From the IMG/VR virus record IMGVR_UViG_3300020045_007239, positions 1-28,220 of that record: a stretch of 28,220 bases of DNA; one strand, 5' to 3'. The position numbers and the translations under genes were made by a program. This DNA comes from a virus. Lineage: Duplodnaviria; Caudoviricetes. The first letter of the stretch is position 1. Every line of letters begins with the position of its first letter. Below, piece after piece: positions 1 to 7,023 of the stretch. The notes below the pieces were generated by a model. The model did not search any database. It worked only from the letters and a program-made list of their open reading frames with translations, and was not told where the DNA came from.

Positions 1-34
1 GCCGGCGAGGGGATTGGAAAGGCTTCAACTGATG

Positions 35-640
35 CTATGCCGCCATTAAACGTTTGCATGCCGCTCCAAAACAACCTGGGTCAATACCGTAAGCGGTCAC
101 GGAATAACCATTCTCCAAGCACTCGATTGGCAGACTGCCGCTGCCGTGGTGTGTATCGAGGATGGTGTCACCGGGCTTGGCATAGTGCTTTAGGAGCCAT
201 TGGTATAAGCGAACAGGCTTCTGCGTCGGATGTATCCTATTAACGTCCTGTGGCGCGTATTCAAAGCATTTTGAAGTTGTAGATAAACCTTCCGACAGCG
301 AAGCCATTTCGCACATGGACATAGTGAAGTTCTCGCTAATGGTTATTTTCTTCCAAATTACAAATCCCTTAAACGGGGGAAGTTGGAAATTATTAGCGCC
401 CCAAATTATGCAATTTTTGGCAACTCGGTTTAACTCAGCAAAAAATTCCGGCGTAGGCTTGTTCCCAAATTGCGCCATGCTCCCATTATTCCGCATATCC
501 TTGGTCGGCTGGTTATCCTTCATGTCTCGATACGGGGGGTCAACAATCGCCAAATCAAACGCATTATCCGGCATCTCCCGCATTGCCGCCATGCAATCCC
601 TCCGATAAAGTTCAGCGTTTCCGATCACGACCTTTTCCAT
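35..640 (-). CDS. DNA N6-adenine/N4-cytosine methyltransferase (beta class, phage orphan type)
   Basis: DPPY catalytic motif, HPTQKP, and DTHHGSGS SAM-binding motif in beta order. Confidence 0.9.
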   Translation of the reverse strand: MEKVVIGNAELYRRDCMAAMREMPDNAFDLAIVDPPYRDMKDNQPTKDMRNNGSMAQFGNKPTPEFFAELNRVAKNCIIWGANNFQLPPFKGFVIWKKITISENFTMSMCEMASLSEGLSTTSKCFEYAPQDVNRIHPTQKPVRLYQWLLKHYAKPGDTILDTHHGSGSLPIECLENGYSVTAYGIDPGCFGAACKRLMAA

Positions 641-679
641 TTTCTCTCCTTTATTTCCTTCTTACCAAGGCGGTTGCGA

Positions 680-967
680 TTAACGCCAGAATTCCTTGCG
701 CGCTTTGTATCCAGTGCGGTTAGGTAACTTCTTTAACTCCCGCCTGGTCGATGTACCTTTACAGACAACTCTCTCGCCTTCGTTGCACTCTTTGTCCTCT
801 GTGAAGTCGATTTGCTCCGGGACATCAAATCTGTCGAAGGTAGAAACCAGGTAATCGTCACCCACAGGGAGAGTGGCTGTAGTAGTCGGGCCAATAGCTA
901 TGTTGCCAACCAAGATATATCGTGAGCCGAATGTGTTTGTTGTCCCGCTATAACCAACCATTTTCAT
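680..967 (-). CDS. Hypothetical protein
   Basis: 95-aa ORF with GGGAGG RBS, co-oriented with neighbours. Confidence 0.7.
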   Translation of the reverse strand: MKMVGYSGTTNTFGSRYILVGNIAIGPTTTATLPVGDDYLVSTFDRFDVPEQIDFTEDKECNEGERVVCKGTSTRRELKKLPNRTGYKARKEFWR

Positions 968-1179
968 TTCCTCCCTGTTTTTGTGTATTTCTTGTCAAAG
1001 GCGCCTTTGAGATATCAGTGCTAGCGAATACTGCTGGATGCTTGCGGTAATGCTTGGAGCATGGTGTTGACTAACATAATACTAGTTCTTGTTATTGTTC
1101 TTGTTATAGGGCTACGAGTTAACCGAGCTTACAAGCTAGCCCAAAGCAAGGTCATAAGGTAGCTTGAAGCTAGCTTAAA

Positions 1180-1560
1180 CTACTTGTTATTCTTACTCTT
1201 TTTAAGTATATCTCGCTCTTTTTTCTTCCTGATAGTTTCCAGCCTATTGGCTCTTTGCCCTTCCGTATAGGTCTGAGCTTGCTCCCATTGTTCACGAAAA
1301 GACGCAATCGTAATATGCTCGTCAATGACCTGGATCAGACCACGTTCAAGGAACAAATTACGGCATTCCAGCCAGCGTTCTTCTGTCAGTTTCAGTAGGG
1401 GCGCAACGTATTGTGGATCGTCGGGGAGTCGTGCTTGATGTTGCCAGAGGTGACATATACGGAATAGATACCAGACCCCTAGTGTATCGTGGGGGAGGTT
1501 CATAATCTTGTAATTGCCTAATTCGTCAGAGGGATGAAACTTGTAATAGGGAAGGCTCAT
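1180..1560 (-). CDS. DUF1376/YdaU-like phage replication protein N-terminal domain (short)
   Basis: N-terminus MSLPYYKFHPSD...G.W..L...LPDD resembles YdaU/DUF1376; GGAG RBS. Confidence 0.7.
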   Translation of the reverse strand: MSLPYYKFHPSDELGNYKIMNLPHDTLGVWYLFRICHLWQHQARLPDDPQYVAPLLKLTEERWLECRNLFLERGLIQVIDEHITIASFREQWEQAQTYTEGQRANRLETIRKKKERDILKKSKNNK

Positions 1561-1658
1561 GGGTCGGTAGCTCCATATCGGTAAGTAGTTATCGCGCCCG
1601 GACAGTACCGTGCTGTCTTTTCCCCCGCTAAAGGTAGGACGCGATCGAATGATGGATG

Positions 1659-1687
1659 ATATTACCCACTAATCACCGTTGAGTCAA
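1659..1687 (-). promoter_or_regulatory. Leftward sigma70-like promoter
   Basis: TTGACT-17 bp-TAATAT on minus strand. Confidence 0.5.
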
Positions 1688-1703
1688 GCCTAAAAAATAA
1701 TGA

Positions 1704-1732
1704 TTGACAGGGGGAATTGATAGGTGTAAGTT
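1704..1732 (+). promoter_or_regulatory. Rightward sigma70-like promoter at the head of the small-gene operon
   Basis: TTGACA-17 bp-TAAGTT, back to back with the leftward promoter. Confidence 0.6.
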
Positions 1733-1767
1733 TACACCAACGATGGAGAGAAGGAGGGGATAATCGA

Positions 1768-1989
1768 ATGAGCCGATGTAAAAGGGAAAGCAATCCTGAC
1801 CTGATATGTACCAGTTACAAAACCGCCAGCAACAGATCGACAAGACTCTTGCTGCTGGAAATTGTGGCGGAGGCGTGGATAGACGGTCATAAGAAGATTT
1901 ATGCTGAGTTAGGTCTAGACATTGAGTGTCAATGTGCCATTTGCGACAAGGCTCGCGAAGCTTTCAGTCTGAAACACAATAGGAGATAA
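1768..1989 (+). CDS. Hypothetical protein (73 aa)
   Basis: AGGAGGGG RBS before ATG 1768; CxCxxC near the C-terminus. Confidence 0.65.
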   Translation: MSRCKRESNPDLICTSYKTASNRSTRLLLLEIVAEAWIDGHKKIYAELGLDIECQCAICDKAREAFSLKHNRR

Positions 1990-2004
1990 CCCGCCACGCT
2001 TGGC
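1984..2004 (+). repeat. 21-bp junction repeat AGATAACCCGCCACGCTTGGC (second copy 2541-2561)
   Basis: Two identical copies, each at a gene end and followed shortly by AAGTTT. Confidence 0.9.
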
Positions 2005-2046
2005 AACAGGAAGTTTACACCAACAAATCAACAGGGGGAGGAAAAC

Positions 2047-2325
2047 ATGAGCTATCAAATCGGCAGCACGACATACCCCAAAGCCAGAAAGCAGCATAAT
2101 TGCATGGCGTCAGACTGGATCGTGAACTATTTGCAGGATGTGGTGGAAATGTGCGACTACTCCGAAAAGCGGGAATTGGTCAAGGCCAGACGCAACAAGT
2201 GGAAGATCCTGCCCGGACAGAAGTATGTCAGGCAAGCGATGGTATGGGAAGACAAACTGGGAACATTCAAGGCTATACCGGCAATGCACGACATCCGCAT
2301 TAAATACAGCCTGTATGAAGATTAA
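2047..2325 (+). CDS. Phage hypothetical protein (KARK.H.C motif)
   Basis: 92-aa ORF, GGGGGAGG RBS. Confidence 0.8.
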   Translation: MSYQIGSTTYPKARKQHNCMASDWIVNYLQDVVEMCDYSEKRELVKARRNKWKILPGQKYVRQAMVWEDKLGTFKAIPAMHDIRIKYSLYED

Positions 2326-2356
2326 CAAGCAAACACTAAACGGGGGAGGAAAGCAA

Positions 2357-2539
2357 ATGGTAAGAATTAAACTATGGGTTAACACAGGATTTGCCGGCGC
2401 GAAACACGAAGAAGAAATCGAAGGGCCGGATGAATGGGAAACGATGTCACCGGAAGAACGGGAGAAATGGATGGATGAAGCGGCGAGAGATTACCTGTTT
2501 GATAGGTGTGAGTTCGGGGCTGCTGTTATTCCAGATTAA
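2357..2539 (+). CDS. Small acidic phage protein (DUF7167-like)
   Basis: RBS GGGGGAGG before ATG 2357; V.TGF.GA.HEE.IE motif. Confidence 0.7.
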   Translation: MVRIKLWVNTGFAGAKHEEEIEGPDEWETMSPEEREKWMDEAARDYLFDRCEFGAAVIPD

Positions 2540-2610
2540 TAGATAACCCGCCACGCTTGGCCCCGGCAAGTTTGCCAGAAACATGAAGCGATAACAGGAG
2601 GTAGGCAATC

Positions 2611-2817
2611 ATGACAAACAAGCAAATTAAATCAGACCTAATCCGTATAGCGGCTGTATTGGTGCAAGGTAATTACATCCCATCCGATTTAGTGGATGAC
2701 TACCCGCAAAAAACGTACTCGGCGGGGAAGGTAGCAAAAATGATGGAACAGGCTCACGAGAAGTCGAGGGCACTTGCAATTCAGGTAAGAAATCTGGCTG
2801 ATTCGATAGTGCCATAA
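2611..2817 (+). CDS. Hypothetical protein
   Basis: AGGAGGT RBS, 68 aa. Confidence 0.75.
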   Translation: MTNKQIKSDLIRIAAVLVQGNYIPSDLVDDYPQKTYSAGKVAKMMEQAHEKSRALAIQVRNLADSIVP

Positions 2818-2848
2818 CGAATTGGCAACCATTAAACGGGGAGGGAAC

Positions 2849-3277
2849 ATGAGCGAAGAATTAGGGTTTACAGAAGGTGATATCTGCAATCGTAAAGGAT
2901 GTAAGGGAGTAATTGGCACGCATCCAGCAAAAAACTGTTCATGCCATATCAACCCACCGTGTTCAGCGTGTACCGCCCCTCGCGGGTTCTGCCCTGTATG
3001 TGGATGGGAGGAAGCGGATGACAAAATAGTGAATGACTACGTTGTCAACCAAGATCCCAAAACAGGCGTGTATAGAACATGGACTCCGCGACCGCTGGAC
3101 TCAAAAAAGATCGACTGGCACTCATTTAGTCATACCGGCGCGAGCATGATTCGACGGGGGGTGTATCCAGAGGGAGCAACGAGGGGTGAGGTTGAAGCGG
3201 TGGTCAACGGTACATTCGGAGGCCGGTTCAATTCTTTCGGCAACGGCAAATTTGAGTATGTGGCATACACGGACTAG
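2849..3277 (+). CDS. Cys-rich putative Zn-binding phage protein
   Basis: GGGGAGGG RBS before ATG 2849; CSCHINPPCSAC and CPVC motifs. Confidence 0.8.
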   Translation: MSEELGFTEGDICNRKGCKGVIGTHPAKNCSCHINPPCSACTAPRGFCPVCGWEEADDKIVNDYVVNQDPKTGVYRTWTPRPLDSKKIDWHSFSHTGASMIRRGVYPEGATRGEVEAVVNGTFGGRFNSFGNGKFEYVAYTD

Positions 3278-3307
3278 ACCGGCAAACATTAAACGGGGAG
3301 GAAACGA

Positions 3308-3529
3308 ATGGAAATAAGAGCTGAAGTATGTGGATGGTTCAAACGGGTGAACGCTCCCGATGATTGCGTCAAGCGTGGACATATCGACCTTGCCTTTTTG
3401 CCGCCGTTGAACGTGCTGACTCCACCATTTCAGCGCTTGCCAACTGTCGAGGATCTGAATGCAACAACTGTCAGGCTTTACCATGTCGGGACCACGGAAG
3501 ATAATCGCCCTTGGTTTCGCCATGAATAG
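3308..3529 (+). CDS. Hypothetical protein
   Basis: GGGGAGG RBS, 73 aa. Confidence 0.65.
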   Translation: MEIRAEVCGWFKRVNAPDDCVKRGHIDLAFLPPLNVLTPPFQRLPTVEDLNATTVRLYHVGTTEDNRPWFRHE

Positions 3530-3674
3530 GCCATCAACCGACATCTACGACACGGTAGAAATAGACAACGCACTGCTGGCGTATGAGTTCGGGATACTGC
3601 CGGAATTGGTGCGGTGCGAAGAGTGTACGATGGCGCATAAGTGCGTAGAGTGTTTGCAAAATGAGGATGTATGA
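3522..3674 (+). CDS. Hypothetical protein with two CxxC motifs
   Basis: Overlaps the end of the previous gene; 50 aa. Confidence 0.5.
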   Translation: MNRPSTDIYDTVEIDNALLAYEFGILPELVRCEECTMAHKCVECLQNEDV

Positions 3675-3710
3675 TAACCATGCCACTCGCTAAACTAAAC
3701 AGGAGGCAAC

Positions 3711-3908
3711 ATGCTAACACATCAAAAAAGGGTAGTGACAGAAAAGGCTGAATTAGATGAAAAGCTGGAAAAGCTCAATGTCTTTAAACAGGGGCAACTG
3801 TATGCTTCATTGTCTGACGCAGAGCGAGAGAGGCTTATTAGGCAGTCTCTTTACATGGCTGGGTATTCAACGGTTCTTGGCGAGCGAATAGCTGCATTTA
3901 CAGAGTGA
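3711..3908 (+). CDS. crAss001_48-like small coiled-coil phage protein
   Basis: RV..EK.EL.EKL.KL..F...Q...M..Y..VL.ERI pattern; AGGAGG RBS. Confidence 0.8.
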   Translation: MLTHQKRVVTEKAELDEKLEKLNVFKQGQLYASLSDAERERLIRQSLYMAGYSTVLGERIAAFTE

Positions 3909-3941
3909 TATAACCGGCCACATTCAATAAAAGGAGGCAAC

Positions 3942-4079
3942 ATGCTAAAAAGACTAGCAACATTCAAAGAGTGGAAACAGGCAGCAATCGTCAACACAGC
4001 AATGGAAATGACAGACCAGTACCGCTATGTCGGGATTGTCGGAGCATTAATCTGGGCCATGGACGAGATGGAGGGGTAA
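3942..4079 (+). CDS. Hypothetical protein (45 aa, not in ORF track)
   Basis: AGGAGG RBS; TAATG coupling to the next gene. Confidence 0.6.
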   Translation: MLKRLATFKEWKQAAIVNTAMEMTDQYRYVGIVGALIWAMDEMEG

Positions 4080-4288
4080 TGACAGACGAACGAATGAAGC
4101 AGTTAATGGAACAGGCGGGATTCCACCAGAGCCACAGCATTGCACAGCTCATTTTGCAGGTCGAGAATGAGACGGCGCAAGAATGCCGAAAAGTTGCGTT
4201 AGAAATGTATCGAAGCGATGACTACGCGGCTTCTGTTGCCGGAGCGATTGCTATTAGAATCAAGGTAAAATTCGGGTTAGAAATATGA
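4079..4288 (+). CDS. Hypothetical protein
   Basis: GGAGGGG RBS before ATG 4079. Confidence 0.65.
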   Translation: MTDERMKQLMEQAGFHQSHSIAQLILQVENETAQECRKVALEMYRSDDYAASVAGAIAIRIKVKFGLEI

Positions 4289-4443
4289 CCACACCAAGTT
4301 ACATCACAATCAAGGTATTCCGCGCCACTCGCGAGAAATGGCGCTTACTGGCGGCGTTACGGGGACAGTCACTCTGCGACTTGCAGGAAGAGATCGTGAC
4401 GCGGGAGCTGGCGAAAGAGCCGATGTTGGAGAGTGGGAAATGA
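4285..4443 (+). CDS. Ribbon-helix-helix-like small DNA-binding protein (52 aa, not in ORF track)
   Basis: ITIKVFRATREKWRLLAALRGQSLCDL fits a strand-helix-helix pattern; ATGA overlaps at both ends. Confidence 0.55.
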   Translation: MTTPSYITIKVFRATREKWRLLAALRGQSLCDLQEEIVTRELAKEPMLESGK

Positions 4444-4607
4444 GCACTGATTGGCATGGAGACGTCATTCAGGAACACTGGCAAGAATTGGTATGGCAGG
4501 CACACTGGTTTCTATCGGCCATGCCGGATGAGGATCTATTTTGGAATGTCGCAATATCTGGTCCGTTTGGTCTGGCAGTACAGGTTGTCGAAAGGAAAAG
4601 AAAATGA
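4440..4607 (+). CDS. Hypothetical protein (55 aa)
   Basis: ATGA overlaps at both ends. Confidence 0.55.
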   Translation: MSTDWHGDVIQEHWQELVWQAHWFLSAMPDEDLFWNVAISGPFGLAVQVVERKRK

Positions 4608-4807
4608 GTTGCGTTCGAGTGGAGCACGGATTTCTTTGTGGACCAGACGAATTCGTTGACCTCGCTCCATTTGGGGCACACGTCTGGATGAGCTATCACC
4701 ATTATCATGGACCGGCATTTTACCGATCTGAGGCGGCAATCACACCGATTTGCGCACCGTCAAAGAAGACTTGGGATGCATTCGAGAAATGGCAAAAGAG
4801 CAGATAA
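4604..4807 (+). CDS. Hypothetical protein, paralogue of 22353-22571
   Basis: 41 of 64 aligned residues identical to the second copy, no gaps. Confidence 0.85.
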   Translation: MSCVRVEHGFLCGPDEFVDLAPFGAHVWMSYHHYHGPAFYRSEAAITPICAPSKKTWDAFEKWQKSR

Positions 4808-4851
4808 CGGCTTGAGTTGAGCCGTACAACGGCTCGAACGTTTTGTTATGC
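4802..4851 (-). other. attC-like recombination site 1
   Basis: Minus strand GCATAAC-AAAAC-GTTCGAGCCG-TTGTA-CGGCTCAAC-TCAAGCC-GTTATCT: R''/L''/L'/R' boxes with an extra base in L''. Confidence 0.85.
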
Positions 4852-4873
4852 GTTCGGGCGGATTGGAGAGAGT

Positions 4874-5062
4874 ATGCACATCAGAAAACAGGTAGCGACC
4901 GACGCGGTAGTACAATGGTACGGTAGGAATGCTCAAGATATTTCCGAATTTGAAAAAGCTAAAGCAGGGATCGCCAAAGGGCTTCGTGGACAGGCGGAAA
5001 ATGTCGAAGCACTTACATTTGATGAGTTTATTGAGATAAGGCGGCTGAATTCACTCGCCTAA
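4874..5062 (+). CDS. Cassette-like hypothetical protein (62 aa)
   Basis: GGAG RBS just after site 1; stop TAA lies in the core of site 2. Confidence 0.7.
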   Translation: MHIRKQVATDAVVQWYGRNAQDISEFEKAKAGIAKGLRGQAENVEALTFDEFIEIRRLNSLA

Positions 5063-5107
5063 CGATTTTTAGATATGCGGTTTATCCGCATGAGCGGCTG
5101 GTTAGTC
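5057..5107 (-). other. attC-like site 2 (imperfect)
   Basis: GCCTAAC...ATGCGG-TTTAT-CCGCAT...GTTAGTC; L boxes poorly paired. Confidence 0.6.
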
Positions 5108-5122
5108 ACAAGGAGACACGCT

Positions 5123-5272
5123 ATGGGAAGATGGGTTTGTTGGCAATGTTTCAGTTCTGCTCGCTGTGAAGTCAGGGCATTTAAGGAGAAACCTACAACA
5201 CCTTGCCCTGACCATTTCCGTATTCCGTATGTGTTTATAGCAACACCAGAACACCAAGAGGGGAGTAGATAA
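5123..5272 (+). CDS. Cassette-like hypothetical protein (49 aa, Cys-rich)
   Basis: AAGGAG RBS just after site 2; stop lies in the core of site 3. Confidence 0.65.
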   Translation: MGRWVCWQCFSSARCEVRAFKEKPTTPCPDHFRIPYVFIATPEHQEGSR

Positions 5273-5328
5273 CGCACAAGCCCAGCGGCTGCGGTTTGTG
5301 CCGTCCGTCTGCTGCGACTTGGTTAGGC
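5267..5328 (-). other. attC-like site 3
   Basis: Minus strand GCCTAAC (perfect RYYYAAC)...GC-rich imperfect palindrome...GTTATCT, 62 bp. Confidence 0.75.
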
Positions 5329-5353
5329 GCTACGGTGCCAGAAAGGGAAATTC

Positions 5354-5626
5354 ATGAATAAGCCAGCAACAAGTATTGATTTCACCTGTGAGTGGTTCGC
5401 CAAGGCAGCAGATGCCGCTAATAAGCAAAATCGTAGAGATAGTGCTGCTCTCTGGAATGACGGACTTTCCCATCTTAAATATCAGCAGCGCAGGATTAAC
5501 GAATTGGAAGATGCTTTACGGTGCGTCACTTCCGCAATCCGCGATATACGGCACGATTTGGGAGCAAATTTTCCGGCACTCTCCGAAGCGGCCATTTTAG
5601 CAGAGGCTATGCTAGTTAAGGGATAA
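5354..5626 (+). CDS. Cassette-like hypothetical protein (90 aa, helical)
   Basis: Starts 25 bp after site 3; ends in GGATAA|C. Confidence 0.75.
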   Translation: MNKPATSIDFTCEWFAKAADAANKQNRRDSAALWNDGLSHLKYQQRRINELEDALRCVTSAIRDIRHDLGANFPALSEAAILAEAMLVKG

Positions 5627-5686
5627 CGCCAAGCACGGCCATTACAAAGAGCAGCGTAACGGCAGGATACACATACAATCTCACAT

Positions 5687-5722
5687 ACCCCGCCCCTGTC
5701 ATCGGCAGGGGCAACGAAAGGA
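5687..5722 (+). repeat. 36-bp direct repeat with hairpin and RBS (second copy 6325-6360)
   Basis: ACCCCGCCCCTGTCATCGGCAGGGGCAACGAAAGGA occurs twice, identical. Confidence 0.95.
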
Positions 5723-5728
5723 CGGACA

Positions 5729-5905
5729 ATGGATTACATGGAATTTAAAGAAGAACTCGACGATTGCAGGCTGGACACGATGGAAGAAGATATTGACAAG
5801 CTCTGTATAAAGCGGCTTGAACACTCCTGCCAGGAATTTGGGAACGAGGGTAAAACGGCGCTCAAACTTCTGGACGTTGTAAAAGACCTGCTAGAACTTC
5901 GGTGA
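5729..5905 (+). CDS. Hypothetical protein (58 aa, not in ORF track)
   Basis: AAAGGA RBS within the repeat; MDYMEFKEELDDC...LLELR. Confidence 0.65.
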   Translation: MDYMEFKEELDDCRLDTMEEDIDKLCIKRLEHSCQEFGNEGKTALKLLDVVKDLLELR

Positions 5906-5907
5906 GA

Positions 5908-5970
5908 TTATAACGGCTGCGCCTTGAACGGCGTAGCGCAGCGGAGTCCGCTTCCGAGGCGTGGTTATCA
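5908..5970 (-). other. attC-like site 4
   Basis: TTATAAC...GCCTTGAACGG..CCGCTTCCGAGGC...GTTATCA, 63-bp imperfect hairpin. Confidence 0.72.
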
Positions 5971-6040
5971 CACATACAATTTCACATACACCGCCCATGC
6001 CGAGGGGTATAAAGGGTTTAATTAAGAAAGGAGCGACAGC

Positions 6041-6316
6041 ATGGAAACATTGAATCACGGCGGAACAGTCGGACGCGTCGAAGCACCTGCCGCTGAACGG
6101 ATCGCGCAGGAGTTGAAATACAAATTGCGTGACGCTGATGCCGACAAGATAGAAGCATTTTGGAGTGTGGATATACAGCGCAATCAGGCCGGTGAACCAG
6201 TGCCGACAGTAACAATTGTCGCTGACAACACTGGAACGGAAGAGCAGCGCGAGGCTATCAGAGATCACTTGTGGGGTACCGCTGATATTCTCCGCGAAAT
6301 TTACAGAGTAATATAA
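6041..6316 (+). CDS. Hypothetical protein
   Basis: AAGGAG RBS, 91 aa; ends in ATATAA|C. Confidence 0.75.
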   Translation: METLNHGGTVGRVEAPAAERIAQELKYKLRDADADKIEAFWSVDIQRNQAGEPVPTVTIVADNTGTEEQREAIRDHLWGTADILREIYRVI

Positions 6317-6367
6317 CATCATTCACCCCGCCCCTGTCATCGGCAGGGGCAACGAAAGGAGGAAGGA

Positions 6368-6688
6368 ATGACACCAATACAAAAGGCAACGAAATATTTA
6401 AAAGAAACTCCGCAGTATGTCATGGACGAAAACGACACAGCCGGTTATGCATCCCGCTTGGTGCGCGATTTAATGATTGAAATAAAATGCCTCAAAATTC
6501 AGGTTTGTGACCGTGGCAATAATTACGAAAAGCAGAAAAAAGAAAACGACTTTATGCGGTATCTCATTACGCAAATCTTGAATGACTTACCAGCAAAACG
6601 TGATTGGCTTGACCCTAGCATTGAAACAGGGATGAAGGAAATGTGCAACATAGGCCAACTTAATATTAACCGGAATAAGGCAGAGTAA
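6368..6688 (+). CDS. Hypothetical protein
   Basis: AGGAGG RBS, 106 aa; last gene of the operon. Confidence 0.75.
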   Translation: MTPIQKATKYLKETPQYVMDENDTAGYASRLVRDLMIEIKCLKIQVCDRGNNYEKQKKENDFMRYLITQILNDLPAKRDWLDPSIETGMKEMCNIGQLNINRNKAE

Positions 6689-6718
6689 TCTAGCTGATCC
6701 ACATTCCAACAACACCAT

Positions 6719-6747
6719 GCCCCTGCCACCACGTCAGGGGCTTTTTT
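6719..6747 (+). terminator. Intrinsic terminator closing the small-gene operon
   Basis: GCCCCTG-9 nt-CAGGGGC followed by T6. Confidence 0.8.
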
Positions 6748-6982
6748 ATGCCCAAAACTCACATACAGACCCGCTAAATATCGTGGAGTATACACACATT
6801 TTGGCCGATGTTTTGGCCGATCTTTTTGATCAAAATCACCTGCCATACTCAAAACTTCCCTTACAATTCCGCCAGACTCCACAACGTGTATCCACGATAT
6901 TTACCAATCACTAACATATATGAAGAATTGCGTAATAATATCAAGGGCTTGCATGAACGCACATATTTTGCACATACAGCAC

Positions 6983-7015
6983 AAAAAAAGGACTCAGCAT
7001 CATAGCTAAGTCCTT
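6983..7015 (-). terminator. Intrinsic terminator downstream of the tRNA 3' fragment
   Basis: Minus strand AAGGACTTAGC-TATGAT-GCTGAGTCCTT-TTTTT. Confidence 0.75.
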
Positions 7016-7023
7016 GATTTTGC

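Noticed and set aside
1130-1182. TAG stop-codon reassignment extending the replication gene
   Set aside because: Read-through meets TAA after 16 codons, and TAG ends complete genes such as ssb and int
5621-5665. Fifth complete attC site
   Set aside because: Only the GGATAAC core is present, with no hairpin or closing GTT box; treated as an insertion junction instead
6717-7005. ORFs 6717-6914, 6808-7005 and 6523-6882
   Set aside because: They overlap the terminator and attP arm region and lack recognisable motifs
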